The notes beneath the pieces were generated by a model that was not told where the DNA came from, searched no databases, and saw nothing but the letters and a program-made list of their open reading frames with translations. Position numbers and translations under genes: made by a program. Shown in pieces: positions 45,466 through 63,036 of a stretch of DNA of 64,000 nt. Each line of letters opens with the position of its first letter. Position 1 is the first letter of the stretch. The DNA is taken from the NCBI GenBank assembly GCA_951406725.2, contig OX597831.1, positions 73,408,001-73,472,000 of the forward strand. Direction: 5' to 3'. This stretch comes from Octopus vulgaris. Its lineage: Eukaryota.

Positions 45466-47824
45466 GATTGATTGATTGATTGATTGATTCTAGTTTCAGC
45501 TTATGAGCTGTGGCCATGCTGGGGCACCGCCATTTGGTGTTGCTACTTGGTTTCACTTCATGGAGGCTTTCTAGCAACTGCTATTTGGTGCATGAGAGAG
45601 TTCGATGCAGCTGCCCTCATCTGCCCCTCCTGCCGTGAAGTTGGTTCATCTGGGACACCTGACAGGAAGAGATCCAGCTTCATTTTAAAGACATCTGTAT
45701 CCACCCCATGCAGGTCTCTCAGGTTCTTCGGGAGGATATTGAAGAGCTGTGGGCCTCGGAAGCCCAGGCTATCACAGAATCTTGTCCTACATCTTGATGG
45801 CAGGTTTGGAGTCCTAGGCACCACGCAGTGGCGCCCAGTTCTGGCATTTGCGTAACTCTCGATGCCAAAGTTCAGGACACTTCCCTCCAGGATCTTCCAG
45901 ATGTATATTATGGCATATCTTTCCCGCCTACGCTCCAGGGAATATAATTTTAATCTCTTGAGTCTTTCCCAGTAGCTTACATTCTGCATAGAGGCTATCT
46001 TCTTTGTGTAGCTTCGTTGGATCGCCTCAAGTTCTGTGATCAACTTGACACTGGATGGTGACCATAGCTGAGAGCAATAGTCAAAGTGGCTTAGGACAAG
46101 TGTCTTCCAGAGGACCATCATGGTTTCTTGTTCTCTTGTTCTAAAGGTTCTAAGAATCCATCCAGCCAGCCGTCTACATTTCATTGTCAGTTTAGCAACA
46201 TGTACATGAAAGGTCGCGTCATCACTCATGTGAATACCCAGGTCACGCACTGATTGTGCCTCTGGGATTGCAATCCCTCCGGGTCCAGTGTATTCATTGG
46301 GTATTGCATTCAGTTTTGCATGCTGATAGTATAAAGCTTGAAACTTTCCAGCATTGAACTGCATGCTATTCTTTTCAGCCCACTTGTATATTTCGTCCAG
46401 CTCACATTGCAGGTGTTTAGTGTCCTCAGGGTTCTGTATTGCCTGTGAAACTTTTGTATCATCTGCATAACTTGTGATCGTGGCTCTCTGCGTGGCTGAG
46501 GGCATGTCTGAGAGGGCCATTATGAACAGTAGTGGTCCCAGAACAGTGCCCTGCGGAACACCGCTCACTATTTGTGTGTTAATGGAGGTGGCCCCATTGG
46601 CTACTACCACCTGACTTCTATCCTTCAGAAAGTCATGAAGCCATTCTCCCAGTTTTCCAACTATGTTGAGATCACGCAGTTTGTGACATATCATTCCATG
46701 ATCGACTTTATCAAAGGCCTTTGCAAAGTCGAGATATATCACTTCCACATTTGAGTGGTTGAGCAGCCGTTTCAGCACCCAGTCATAGTGTTGTAGGAGC
46801 TGAGTTAAACAGCTTCTCCCTGGTCGGAAACCATGTTGGGTGTCGGGCAGCAAGTCATTCTCTTCAAGGAAGGTGATCAGCTTCCTTCTGACTATTCGTT
46901 CCATGACCTTGCTGATGTGTGAGGTCAGAGATAGGTCTATAGTTCTTGGCTTCCGCTCTGCTACCTCCTTTATGAATGGGGCATATTTTACCTTCCTTCA
47001 GTTTTCCTGGAAGTTTGCCAGCTGCAAGGAAGCTCTGAAAGAGGAACTGCAGTGGTCTTGCTAGGACTCTCTTACATGCTTTTAGGAGGATTGCCGGGAA
47101 TCCATCGGGGCCAGTAGCTGAGTCTGTTTTCATTTCATCTATAGCCTTGGTTACATCGTCTTCCTTTATATCGATGTAATCTATCGTCGCCCGCCTCTGA
47201 TTTTATATCTGCAGTGGTAAAAAAGTCAGTTGGATTGGTGATTTGGAGATGCCCAAGGGGTGGAGTGAAAACACTCTTGAATTACTCATTCAGTATTTCA
47301 CTTACCCTCATTGGTTTTCCTGTAAGTGTGCCATCCTTTTCAAGGAGTGGCCCTATTCTACAGTGCACTGTAGCTGTTTCTTTGGCATACCTGTAGAAAG
47401 CTCTGGGGTTAGATTTTATGTTTTCTATAGCCCAGGCTTCTTTGTCTGCTCTTTCTTTTTCATCGGGAGAGTTGCAGACATTTTTCGATTTCCAACAGTT
47501 TTATTTTTAGGCGGGACTTTTCACTGCTTTCAATCTGTTTATTTAGGCGATTTGAAAATTTCGTACGCCGTCTCATTAAAATTTTCCTCTCTCTGGGGAT
47601 TTTGTTCTTGTGTACAGTGGCCTTTCTCTCTGGGACACATTTGTAGCATATGGCTTGCATTACAGACATGAATTGTTGAAGTTTCACACGTCGATGTCTG
47701 GCGAGGAGAGACATTCAGGCCAGTTTTGTTTGAGGATCTCTTTCTCAATTTGTTTCCAGTTTGCCTTATGGTAGTTCAAGCTGGAAAGATTTTGAGGGTT
47801 TCTTGTAGGCTGCATGTCCGTGCA
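45466..47824 (-). mobile_element. CR1/L2-group LINE family B, copy 1
   Basis: RT motifs; (TCAA)n tail into (TA)n; several small indels relative to copy 2. Confidence 0.92.
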
Positions 47825-48039
47825 TTATGCATATGCACATATATATATATATATATATATATGCATATATATATACATGCTTATATATATATATATATGC
47901 ATATATACAGAGTAGTGTCGGTGTATATATACATATACATATATATATATGGATGCCATATATATACATATGTATATATATGAGCATATATATATGATAC
48001 ATATACATCGACCTGCGGGTATATATGTCAGTATTACTT

Positions 48040-49100
48040 GCTCCATACAGTAGGTTCAAGTGGATACATGACTTATATATATATATAGAGAAGATGGAGC
48101 CAATCGGGATCTGAATTCGGTAGTATGACACTATAATGATATATCACTTAGTGTTCTATATGGGCACCATCTGATAATTGCATTTTTGGTAAAAGGCGTC
48201 CTTTGAACATGCCCATATGACTTGGGGTAGGGCGATACAACATCCACATATATATATATATGACTTATATATATATATATATATATGCCATATATATATA
48301 TATATATATACATGCACTGGTTTCATAGCACTGCCTTACAATATGCATATATATTGCAAATGCCAAAGTCTTACAGGAACGTGACTATACTGTATGTTAC
48401 TGATCGAGTAAACGTCTACAAAACATATATCATATATATGCATATATCAATATACTATGCTGTTGATGCATCTTGTACACCCGATATTATATGGCTGCTG
48501 TGCGTGTCTCACTGTATGTGAGGAATTCAGTATCTGCGAGCTGAAGATGATTGGCTATGTGAGGACATTTGTCCTAGTGTACTTTTTGTGTTTTTTTCAT
48601 GCACAAGAAATATATATACAATATTAGACAGTCAGACTTTCACCAGAGGATTGTATACAACACGTTAGAGGTTCTTAGATAAATTATTGTACTCCGTTAA
48701 GCAGAGAGATATGCCTGGATATACATATGGAAATATTAATATTATGGTTGGAGGTGGATAGCACCAAATTTTTAATGAGCTGCATTAATGCCGTGCATTA
48801 TAGAGTATCTGATAAATATTGGATGTGCGCCGTAATTTCCACATCTTTTGGAGTGATGGACTGTGTGTGGCTCTGTCCTCAGCTTTCATACGCCTGTCCC
48901 TTGGCTAATTCTGAGATTTGTGTTCAGTTTTTCCATCTTATATATTGGCTGCTTTCATCCCATTATATATTACTAGGAGGTAGGAAGCAAGTAACCTGGG
49001 CAGCAGCTACAATATCTCGTTATTGTAGCCACGGCAAACTTCCTTAGAGGCCACCAGGTGGAGTGGTGCCCCAGCAGCCTCAGCCGGATGGCTATCTTTG
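48040..49100 (+). pseudogene. Highly corrupted copy of the LINE family A 3' part (probably low-quality assembly)
   Basis: Collinear anchors GTGGATACATGACTT, GAGGACATTTGTCCTA, GCAGCAGCTACAA, GCCACGGCAAACT, CTCAGCCGGATGGCT interspersed with TA noise. Confidence 0.7.
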
Positions 49101-49328
49101 AGACTTATATATATATTTATTTATATATATATATATATTTATTTATATATATATATTTTCACGTGTTAAGCATATAATGGCATCCAGTGTGTTTATTGTG
49201 TGTCTATATAGTGCTAATTAGAAGATACGATATCTGATATATATCCGCATATATATATATATATTAGATGTATTAAAAACGTATTGTTTCTATTAGTTGT
49301 TTATGTATACTGAACATTTATATATATA

Positions 49329-49368
<40 letters not shown>

Positions 49369-50178
49369 ACATATATATATATTTATATATATATGCATAG
49401 GCTATATTTATATATATGAAGCAATATATATATCCATATATTAATATATATATATATTATATATACTTATATATATATATATAACAATATATATTGTAGA
49501 CAATATAATATATATATATAAAGGATATTTATTTATATATATATTCATATATATATATATATATATATTAATATATATATTAATCCAATAGTGTATGTGT
49601 AATAAGTCTTAATATATGTATCATAATTATAGAGCCCAAATATATATAGAACAGAGCAAAACGCATTTATAGGAATATATATATATATATATGCTATATA
49701 TATAGATATAAAGCCTCTATATATAATATGCATATATATATTGGGAGGGACAATTAGAAATATTTATTTATATATCTGAAAGATCATAAACATATTTCCA
49801 AGGACAATATGGAAGAATATATACAGATAGACATTTTAAACGAAGGCTAATTGGGACATATATTAACAATCGACATTAAACACATATTGGTGCCAAACGT
49901 TTATATTTATTTAGATAAGGGATATATATTTGAGTATATACATAATTTACCTTATTTAATTTAATGAAACTATAAGGCATATATATAGAAAACTATATAT
50001 GGAAACATTTATATATCGAGAACAAAGAGGAAAATAGTAACAAACAAAATGACGATATAATAATAATTTATTTATATAAGTGAAAAGATAAAACTTATAA
50101 TATATATGAAAGCCAATATAATATAGATGAAAGAATATTTAGCAACAGGCTGGATCTCAGCGGTTTTACAGGGAAAGC

Positions 50179-50249
<71 letters not shown>

Positions 50250-50376
50250 CTGTGTATATATATATATATATATATATTATTTAAAAATATAGTGTATATA
50301 TATGTGTATTGTGTTTGTTACTTAAGTACAAATTTTTGTAACACTATAACTATATTGTATATATGTTTATTATGTA

Positions 50377-50490
<114 letters not shown>

Positions 50491-50493
50491 TTA

Positions 50494-50549
<56 letters not shown>

Positions 50550-50572
50550 ATATATATGTATATATATATATA

Positions 50573-50640
<68 letters not shown>

Positions 50641-50657
50641 ATATGCATATATGTATA

Positions 50658-50719
<62 letters not shown>

Positions 50720-50860
50720 TATAGATATATAGATTATATACCGTGTATTTATATACAGTATATAATATATATATGTGATATGTATGTATTTGTGATTATA
50801 CAGGAATGTCAAACGATATATATATATATGTCTGTATATGTGTCAGATATGTGTGTTGTG

Positions 50861-50927
<67 letters not shown>

Positions 50928-50998
50928 GTATATATATATATGTACATATATATATGTATATATATATATATGTACGTGTGTGTGTGTGTGTGTGTGTG

Positions 50999-51072
<74 letters not shown>

Positions 51073-51102
51073 GATATATATATATATATATGTATATATA
51101 TG

Positions 51103-51373
<271 letters not shown>

Positions 51374-51446
51374 ACACACACATATACACACACACACATA
51401 TGTATATATGTATATATATATATATACATATATATATATACATATA

Positions 51447-51540
<94 letters not shown>

Positions 51541-51544
51541 TGAT

Positions 51545-53330
51545 ATATATATATCATTCAGTTTAGCTTATAGCATGTTGGATATGCTGGGGCATAGCCA
51601 TTTAGTATTGCTACTTTGCATACTCGAGAGGCTTTTATTTCAGCAATTGCTATTCTGGTTTATGAGAGGTATATCTACAGATGCAGCCCTTCCCTATCGT
51701 CCTGCTGTGACATTGATGTTATTTATGGGACTCGACCACAGGTGCCAGATGATACCAGCTTCATTTTACGTGAAGATATGTATCCACCATGACCGGTGCA
51801 TATAGGTCCTGGGAGGATATTGAAGAGCTGTGGGCTCCCGGAAGGGTATATATATTGTTGTCCGATTTGATGGCAAGGTTTGCGGTACCTAGGGCTCTAC
51901 TAGTGGCGCCCACGTTCTGGCATTTTTCGTATTTATACGATGCCAGATATTTCAAACTTCCCTCCAGAGATTTCCAGATGTATATATATGGCATATCGAG
52001 TTTGCTTATATATTTTGTCAGTTTATTTTCAGTGTTAAGATTGCTGCATAGAGTATCATATTATATGTGTAACTTATTGGGATCGCCCCAAGTTCTGTGA
52101 TCAATGACTCGCCGATATATATAGCTGAGTAGCAATAGAAAGTAAAAGGCTTAGGACTATATTCTCTGTTTATATGGCTTTGTATAGGTATTCCTAAGAT
52201 ATTTCACTGAGAAAAATCCAGCCAGCCGTCTACATTTATTGTCAGTATATAGCAAATAAAAGTGTTGAAAATATGCATATATGTGAAATACCTAAGCGAT
52301 CACGCACTGATACATGCCCCACCTCAACACCACATATATATATATATATATTGGGTATATATAGAGTTTCATATATATATATATATATATATATATGAAC
52401 GCTATATATCTATATATCCTAAAGTACTATGTATAATATATCTACATATTTATCTGCGAATATATCTATTCTAGTCTATACTTTATATCTATCTATAGAC
52501 TATATATATATTCTCTTATATATGCCGAACAGAGGGCCATATGAATAGTGGTCCCAGAACAAGAGAGAAGGAGACACTGATATTTGTGTGAATGTGGAAC
52601 AGGCTACTAAGATTTCTATCCTTAGCGAATTACCATGTCTGCCCAGTAACATGTTAGACCCAGTAGTCACAGATATCATATTTAACGAATCTACAAAGGC
52701 CTTTAGAAAGTCGAGATATATCACTTCCACATTTGAGTTGGAAAGCGTTTCAGGATGCAAGAACAAGTGAATAAAGCTTGGCTCTTTGGAAAATGTCGCT
52801 CTGGGCAGCAAGTCATTCTCTTAATAGGAAGGTATCCATTCCTTCTGGAATAATTACGTTCCACATTCCTCCCTGGAGTGGAGGTCAGAAGAAAGATATG
52901 CATGTACTATGAAATTTGGTTTCCAAATCTGGACCTTTATGAATGGAAGTTTTACAACTTGCCAGCTTTGGCAGTTTTCCTGAAAGTTTGCCAACTAGCA
53001 CAGGAACGCTCTGAAAGAGGAACTGCAGTGGTTATCTTGCCAGGACTCTCTTGCTTTTAGGCATGCTGGAACAAATCGACAGTACAGATGCTAAGAACAG
53101 CTTTTTCTTTTCATAGACCTGACCATCTCTTCCTTTATATCGATATAACAAATCATCGTGCCGCCCTGATTTGAGATCTGCAGTGGTAAGGTGGTCACAA
53201 TGCGCTTTGCATTGGTGATTTAGGAAAAAGATGCGTAGTCTGACAGTTAGGGGTGAGTGCAAAAGAATTTAAATTGTTCGAATAAGAAAACATTTCACCT
53301 TACCCGTCAAATTCTTCTTGTGTGAGTATA
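51545..53330 (-). pseudogene. Highly corrupted copy of LINE family B (probably low-quality assembly)
   Basis: Collinear anchors GAGGATATTGAAGAGCTGTGGG, CCAGCCAGCCGTCTACATTT, AAAGTCGAGATATATCACTTCCACATTTGAG, CTCTGAAAGAGGAACTGCAGTGG. Confidence 0.72.
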
Positions 53331-53490
53331 TATATATATATATGATCAGCACATGTTTCGAAGCTCCAGGGCCCTTTGGTGCTTGCCGTTTCTTGTATCA
53401 TATATATGCAGACATTTCGATGGTGGATATTTTATATATAGAAGTATATTTCATAGTTATATGCATATATATATATATATATATATAAAA

Positions 53491-53528
<38 letters not shown>

Positions 53529-53551
53529 GATTTCAATACACATATATATAT

Positions 53552-53602
<51 letters not shown>

Positions 53603-53645
53603 AGTGTATATATATATATATATATATATATTGTATATATATATG

Positions 53646-53802
<157 letters not shown>

Positions 53803-53910
53803 ATGTATAGATGTCCATGCTTGCTATAGGACTGTACTGTATATATCAAGAGTATATGTTCAGGAAGCTCATATATATATATATATATATATATGTATAT
53901 GGATATATAT

Positions 53911-53984
<74 letters not shown>

Positions 53985-54002
53985 GTATATATGGATATAT
54001 AT

Positions 54003-54076
<74 letters not shown>

Positions 54077-54161
54077 ATATATATGTATATATATAGGCTA
54101 TATATATGTATATATATGTATATATATGGTATATATATACTATATATATATGGGTACTCCG

Positions 54162-54278
<117 letters not shown>

Positions 54279-54294
54279 GATATATATATATATA

Positions 54295-54325
<31 letters not shown>

Positions 54326-54359
54326 GGATATATGTAGGTCACACATATATATATATATA

Positions 54360-54410
<51 letters not shown>

Positions 54411-54544
54411 TGATATGATTATTGATTATAGTATATATATATATAGTTGCTGCCAAAGCAACCGCCATCAGGTTGCTAACTTGGTATATATATATATATG
54501 CATATATATATATATATATATATATATGCATATATATATATATA

Positions 54545-54906
<362 letters not shown>

Positions 54907-54914
54907 TATATATA

Positions 54915-57441
54915 TGATTGATTGATTGATTGATTCTAGTTTCAGCTTATGAGCTGTGGCCATGCTGGGGCACCGCCATTTGGTGTTGCTACTTGGTTTC
55001 ACTTCATGGAGGCTTTCTAGCAACTGCTATTTGGTGCATGAGAGAGTTCGATGCAGCTGCCCTCATCTGCCCCTCCTGCCGTGAAGTTGGTTCATCTGGG
55101 ACACCTGACAGGAAGAGATCCAGCTTCATTTAAAGACATCTGTATCCACCCCATGCAGGTCTCTCAGGTTCTTCGGGAGGATATTGAAGAGCTGTGGGCC
55201 TCGGAAGCCCAGGCTATCACAGTATCTTGTCCTACATCTTGATGGCAGGTTTGGAGTCCTAGGCACCACGCAGTGGCGCCCAGTTCTGGCATTTGCGTAA
55301 CTCTCGATGCCAAAGTTCAGGACACTTCCCTCCAGGATCTTCCAGATGTATATTATGGCATATCTTTCCCGCCTACGCTCCAGGGAATATAATTTTAATC
55401 TCTTGAGTCTTTCCCAGTAGCTTACATTCTGCATAGAGGCTATCTTCTTTGTGTAGCTTCGTTGGATCGCCTCAAGTTCTGTGATCAACTTGACACTGGA
55501 TGGTGACCATAGCTGAGAGCAATAGTCAAAGTGGCTTAGGACAAGTGTCTTCCAGAGGACCATCATGGTTTCTTGTTCTCTTGTTCTAAAGGTTCTAAGA
55601 ATCCATCCAGCCAGCCGTCTACATTTCATTGTCAGTTTAGCAACATGTACATGAAAGGTCGCGTCATCACTCATGTGAATACCCAGGTCACGCACTGATT
55701 GTGCCTCTGGGATTGCAATCCCTCCGGGTCCAGTGTATTCATTGGGTATTGCATTCAGTTTTGCATGCTGATAGTATAAAGCTTGAAACTTTCCAGCATT
55801 GAACTGCATGCTATTCTTTTCAGCCCACTTGTATATTTCGTCCAGCTCACATTGCAGGTGTTTAGTGTCCTCAGGGTTCTGTATTGCCTGTGAAACTTTT
55901 GTATCATCTGCATAACTTGTGATCGTGGCTCTCTGCGTGGCTGAGGGCATGTCTGAGAGGGCCATTATGAACAGTAGTGGTCCCAGAACAGTGCCCTGCG
56001 GAACACCGCTCACTATTTGTGTGTTAATGGAGGTGGCCCCATTGGCTACTACCACCTGACTTCTATCCTTCAGAAAGTCATGAAGCCATTCTCCCAGTTT
56101 TCCAACTATGTTGAGATCACGCAGTTTGTGACATATCATTCCATGATCGACTTTATCAAAGGCCTTTGCAAAGTCGAGATATATCACTTCCACATTTGAG
56201 TGGTTGAGCAGCCGTTTCAGCACCCAGTCATAGTGTTGTAGGAGCTGAGTTAAACAGCTTCTCCCTGGTCGGAAACCATGTTGGGTGTCGGGCAGCAAGT
56301 CATTCTCTTCAAGGAAGGTGATCAGCTTCCTTCTGACTATTCGTTCCATGACCTTGCTGATGTGTGAGGTCAGAGAGATAGGTCTATAGTTCTTGGCTTC
56401 CGCTCTGCTACCTCCTTTATGAATGGGGCATATTTTACCTTCCTTCAGTTTTCCTGGAAGTTTGCCAGCTGCAAGGAAGCTCTGAAAGAGGAACTGCAGT
56501 GGTCTTGCTAGGACTCTCTTACATGCTTTTAGGAGGATTGCCGGGAATCCATCGGGGCCAGTAGCTGAGTCTGTTTTCATTTCATCTATAGCCTTGGTTA
56601 CATCGTCTTCCTTTATATCGATGTAATCTATCGTCGCCGCCTCTGATTTTATATCTGCAGTGGTAAAAAAGTCAGTTGGATTGGTGATTTGGAGATGCCC
56701 AAGGGGTGGAGTGAAAACACTCTTGAATTGCTCATTCAGTATTTCACTTACCCTCATTGGTTTTCCTGTAAGTGTGCCATCCTTTTCGAGGAGTGGCCCT
56801 ATTCTACAGTGCACTGTAGCTGTTTCTTTGGCATACCTGTAGAAAGCTCTGGGGTTAGATTTTATGTTTTCTATAGCCCAGGCTTCTTTGTCTGCTCTTT
56901 CTTTTTCATGGGAGAGTTGCAGACATTTTTCGATTTCCAACAGTTTTATTTTTAGGCGGGACTTTTCACTGCTTTCAATCTGTTTGTTTAGGCGATTTGA
57001 AAATTTTGTACGCCGTCTCATTAAAATTTTCCTCTCTCTGGGGATTTTGTTCTTGTGTACAGTGGCCTTTCTCTCTGGGACACATTTGTAGCATATGGCT
57101 TGCATTACAGACATGAATTGTTGAAGTTTCACGTCGATGTCTGGCGAGGAGAGACATTTAGGCCAGTTTTGTTTGAGGATCTCTTTCTCAATTTGTTTCC
57201 AGTTTGCCTTATGGTAGTTCAAGCTGGAAAGATTTTGAGGGTTTCTTGTAGGCTGCATGTCCGTGCTCTCTTTTGGCCCGTACATGGTCAGCTCTATCAT
57301 GTTGTGATCCGAGAGTAGTGTCGGTGTCACTTTCACATTATGGATGAGATCCATGTCATTTGTGAAGCAGAGATCCATTGTGTTACCTGCCCTGGTTGGT
57401 TGGAGTATTACCTGCTCCATGTACAGGGTGTTGATGAGGTT
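54915..57441 (-). mobile_element. CR1/L2-group LINE family B, copy 2 (partial APE plus RT, nearly intact)
   Basis: Long ORF with [17 protein letters not shown] and RT motifs; 1-nt indel near 55130; both ends in (TA)n. Confidence 0.95.
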
Positions 57442-57457
57442 ATATATATATATATGC

Positions 57458-57706
<249 letters not shown>

Positions 57707-57740
57707 TGATCAATATATACTGCTTTATCTGCTATATATG

Positions 57741-57879
<139 letters not shown>

Positions 57880-57895
57880 GTATATATATATAAAC

Positions 57896-57932
<37 letters not shown>

Positions 57933-57936
57933 CATC

Positions 57937-57983
<47 letters not shown>

Positions 57984-58067
57984 ACATATATATATATATA
58001 TACAATCATATACACATATATATATACACACATATAAACATATATATATACATATATATACATATAC

Positions 58068-58160
<93 letters not shown>

Positions 58161-58194
58161 TATATACATATATATGTATATATACATATATATG

Positions 58195-58308
<114 letters not shown>

Positions 58309-58317
58309 CATATATAT

Positions 58318-58364
<47 letters not shown>

Positions 58365-58365
58365 C

Positions 58366-58568
<203 letters not shown>

Positions 58569-58638
58569 CATATATATATGTATATATATATGTACATACA
58601 TATATATATGTATATATATATACATATATATATATATG

Positions 58639-58708
<70 letters not shown>

Positions 58709-58738
58709 TATATGTATATATATATACATATATATATG

Positions 58739-58773
<35 letters not shown>

Positions 58774-58889
58774 GTATATATATATGTATATATATGTATA
58801 TATATATATGTATATATATGTATGTATATATATGTATATATATATATGTATATATATGTATATATATATATGTATATATATGTATATAG

Positions 58890-58935
<46 letters not shown>

Positions 58936-58942
58936 GTATTTA

Positions 58943-59053
<111 letters not shown>

Positions 59054-59087
59054 GTATATGTATATATATATACATGTATATGTATAT

Positions 59088-59212
<125 letters not shown>

Positions 59213-59797
59213 AGGACACCATGTTTCGTTTTGCAACCATAATATGCAACCAAGCATGATAAAGGTTCATAAGTCGATACTGCGTCCCGCATTTCGGTTT
59301 AGCAGTACAACTGTTTCCATTTCTAAGTGAATCTCTACAAATTCTCTATAGATATTAGAGCCAGCACTGAAAGTGACAATATCTTGTATACAAATATGTT
59401 TATGTAAACAATGCAAGCAAAGATTGAGAAAATAAGTGATGTATATACATATTTCAAGAGTTATTGCTCTCTCATCAGCACCAAATCTAATCCATTAACC
59501 ATCCACATGGTAAGTGTAATATGGTTGTATAATGAAAAAATATGGTGTCCCGACCAGCAATTAACATATACGTGCCTGTTGTCAGAAATGTGCTTATTGT
59601 GTAAGATTGGTCAATACAATTATGTTAGACCGCCATATTTGGTGGTTATTTAAGCAATGTGTTCATGGATGGTCAATAAGGAGCAAGAACCCTCAAAACT
59701 CATTGCCTAATTTTCTATCTTCAATTGTATTGTTTACATTGAGGCATTTTAATATGAAATGTCATAACTGATAGTGACGGCTTTAAATTCCATAGAA

Positions 59798-59849
<52 letters not shown>

Positions 59850-60991
59850 GACTTGCATAAACAATATACCCTGAAGCCCAGCTGCTCAATGTGCAAAGAT
59901 GAGTGGAATGACCACTGATGTTTGAAAACAAATACTGGCACAAAGAAGGCCATCTGGTCAAAGACTATTGCCTCTAGAAGAGACGTTTTGTCCAACCCAT
60001 GTCAGCATGAAAAAACTGGATGTTAAATGATGACAAGGGCTGGATGGGTGGATGTCTGCACACCCACATCAACATTTGCTTACTCAGTTTTTACACCCAA
60101 TTTTTGCAACCACCATGGGGCTAAATGAATGTTTCTCAACCATTGTTTTACATATGGACCCCTTTGATTCCTGTCCTACTCTACCAGACCCTCTACCCTA
60201 CCAAACAAGGTTTAAAAGATCCTTTTGTATTTTTATATTATTTGGATTTGTATATAAATAAAAAGTAGCTGAAATCTGTTGTGTATTGTTGAAGTCCAAT
60301 TTATTGCAGACAAAGTTTAGCAACAAACACTTATTCAGACCCCCCCCACCCAGGGTCACATGGACCCTGATTGAGAACCACTGAGTTTGATGAGTATTAA
60401 TGAGGCCCAGTTTTCCACAGCTGGATGGAGGACCTTCCTGCAGCTAACCCTTTCTTTGTTTTCAAGTAAAGAGTCTTATTCCTTATGTCTTTGATGCAGC
60501 AAAAACCAGCAGACAATTACCAAGGAAAATGACAACAGAGTCCTTGCTTATTTCTGAGTAATTTCCAGGGAGCCACAACTGTAGACAAACAGTCACCCAC
60601 TTACATGATGGGCTTCTTTCAGTTTCCATTAACCAAATCCACTCACAAAGCATGGTTGTACAAGGGCTGCAGAAGAAGACATTAGCCTGAGATGTCACGC
60701 AGTGGGACTGAACCGTAAACCATGTGGTTACAAGGCAAGTGTCTTATCACCCAGCCATGCAATGAACGAGGATGTTCGTTTAGGTCTGTAAAGGTTTAGG
60801 GATCTAAAAACAGTTCGAGCGATGGAGGGGTGTGAAGATGCGTCAGTAAGACTGTGTAGTTGGAGTCTGTGTGAGTGTGTGTGTGATGGAGAAAAACAAC
60901 GGAAACATTAACTCTCTCTGTGTTCCCCCACCATTGAACAATTGTGGCTGGTAGGATGAAGCTTTTCTGTTGAAAGTATACACATATAAAT

Positions 60992-61044
<53 letters not shown>

Positions 61045-61140
61045 TAGCTCCACTCCTACACACACACTGCTGCTTCCTAAATGAGTCAGTCACTTTTAAA
61101 TGCTTCCCCTCTCCATTGGGAATGTGCGTGTGTGCATGCA

Positions 61141-61192
<52 letters not shown>

Positions 61193-61221
61193 TACACATA
61201 TACACATACATATATATATAC

Positions 61222-61266
<45 letters not shown>

Positions 61267-62219
61267 CACATATACACATACATATGCATACATACACATA
61301 CATACATATACACATACACACACATATATATATATATGTGGTTTGGTGAGGCAAACAACAGGAAAGGCAAAACTCAAAACATGAGTGAAATGTGTGTTTG
61401 TGTGTAATTGATATTTAGCAGAAGAGAGTGACTCAAGGGCGAAGAGTTTCGCTTGTTAGCATTTACATGAAACTCTCAACTTTTGAGTCACTCTGTTGTT
61501 TCTACTCTACCACTCTTTACTCATCAATCACACTTCATTCTGAAACAAATGCATATTGAGTTCTACACCAGGTTATTAGTCTTGTAATGCCTAAACAAAA
61601 AATACACACACACATATATATAGATATATATATATATAGCCTGGTACAGCCTTCTAGCTTGCCAGTCCTCAGTCAAACCATCCAACCCATGCCAGCATGG
61701 AAATCAGAAGTCAAACAACGATGATGATGATATATATTTCTTTATTGCCCCCAAGGGGCTAAACATAGAGGGGACAAACAAGGACAGACAAATGGATTAA
61801 ATCGATTACATCGACCCCAGTGCGTAGCTGGTACTTATTTAATCAACCCCAAGAGGATGAAAGGCAAAGTGGACCTCGGCGGAATTTGAACTCAGAACAT
61901 AGCGGCAGACGAAATACTGCTAAGCATTTCGCCCGGCGTGTTAACGTTTCTGCCAGCTCGCCGCTGATGATATATATATATATATACACACACAACAGAG
62001 TAAGCACATAAATGTGAAGCAGGGTGAGAAAGAAATAGTACTCGACTACCAGAGGTAGAGTCGTATGCTTTATTAATAAAGCTGCAAAGACACCACAAAA
62101 AAACTGTTTGAGTTTCACGTTCTCGTTTGTCAGGCAGTTGTGATTAAGAATGGAACAAGAGTTAAGGTTATACTTATAAAATATGATACTTATAATTTGT
62201 ATATATATATATATAGGTA

Positions 62220-62487
62220 TAGGAATGGCTGTGTGATAAGTAGTTTGCTTATGAACCACATGGTTCTGGGTTCAGTCCCACTGCGTGGCACCTTGGGCAA
62301 GTGTTTTCTACTATATATTTCTTTATTGCCCACAAGGGGCTAAACATAGAGGGGACAAACAAGGACAGACAAACGGATTAAGTCGATTACATCGACCCCA
62401 GTGTGTAACTGGTCTTCTACTATAGCCTCAGGCCGACCAAAGCCTTGTCAGTGGATTTGGTAGACAGAAACTGAAAGAAGCCTGTCG

Positions 62488-62520
<33 letters not shown>

Positions 62521-62732
62521 ATGTTTGTGTGTCTATGTTTGTCCCCTAGCATTGCTTGACAACCGATGCTGGTGTGTTTACGTCCCCGTTACTTAGCGGT
62601 TCGGCAAAGAACTGATAGAATAAGTACTAGGCTTACGAAGAATAAGTCCTGGGGTCGATTTGCTCAACTAAAGGCGATGCTCCAGCATGGCCGCAGTCAA
62701 ATGACTGAAACACGTAAAAGAGTAAAAGAGAA
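62220..62732 (+). mobile_element. SINE family 1 interrupted by an antisense family-2 SINE 3' fragment
   Basis: TTCTACTATA duplicated at 62306-62315 and 62415-62424 around the insert. Confidence 0.8.
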
Positions 62733-62989
62733 TATATACACACACACACACACATATACACACATACACACACATATATACACACACACACACACACATA
62801 TATACACACATACACACACACATTACATGTACACACTTGCATGTGTATGCACAAAGCCTTTGTGTATCTCCCCAGCCCCCCCGTCACCATCTTGCTCCTA
62901 CCACTACACTATTACATCTGATACCACCACCACCGACAGACGTTGGAGGCGGAGTAACTCTTTCAGTCTACTCCTCCCCCACACATGTA

Positions 62990-63036
<47 letters not shown>

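Noticed and set aside
61428-61497. Small hairpin GAGTGACTCAA...TTGAGTCACTC
   Set aside because: No hammerhead core or second copy seen; cannot be classified.
62100-62142. Hammerhead-like motif on the minus strand
   Set aside because: Core reads CTGACAA and the cleavage triplet is deleted; kept only as a decayed relative of the 13.6-kb family.
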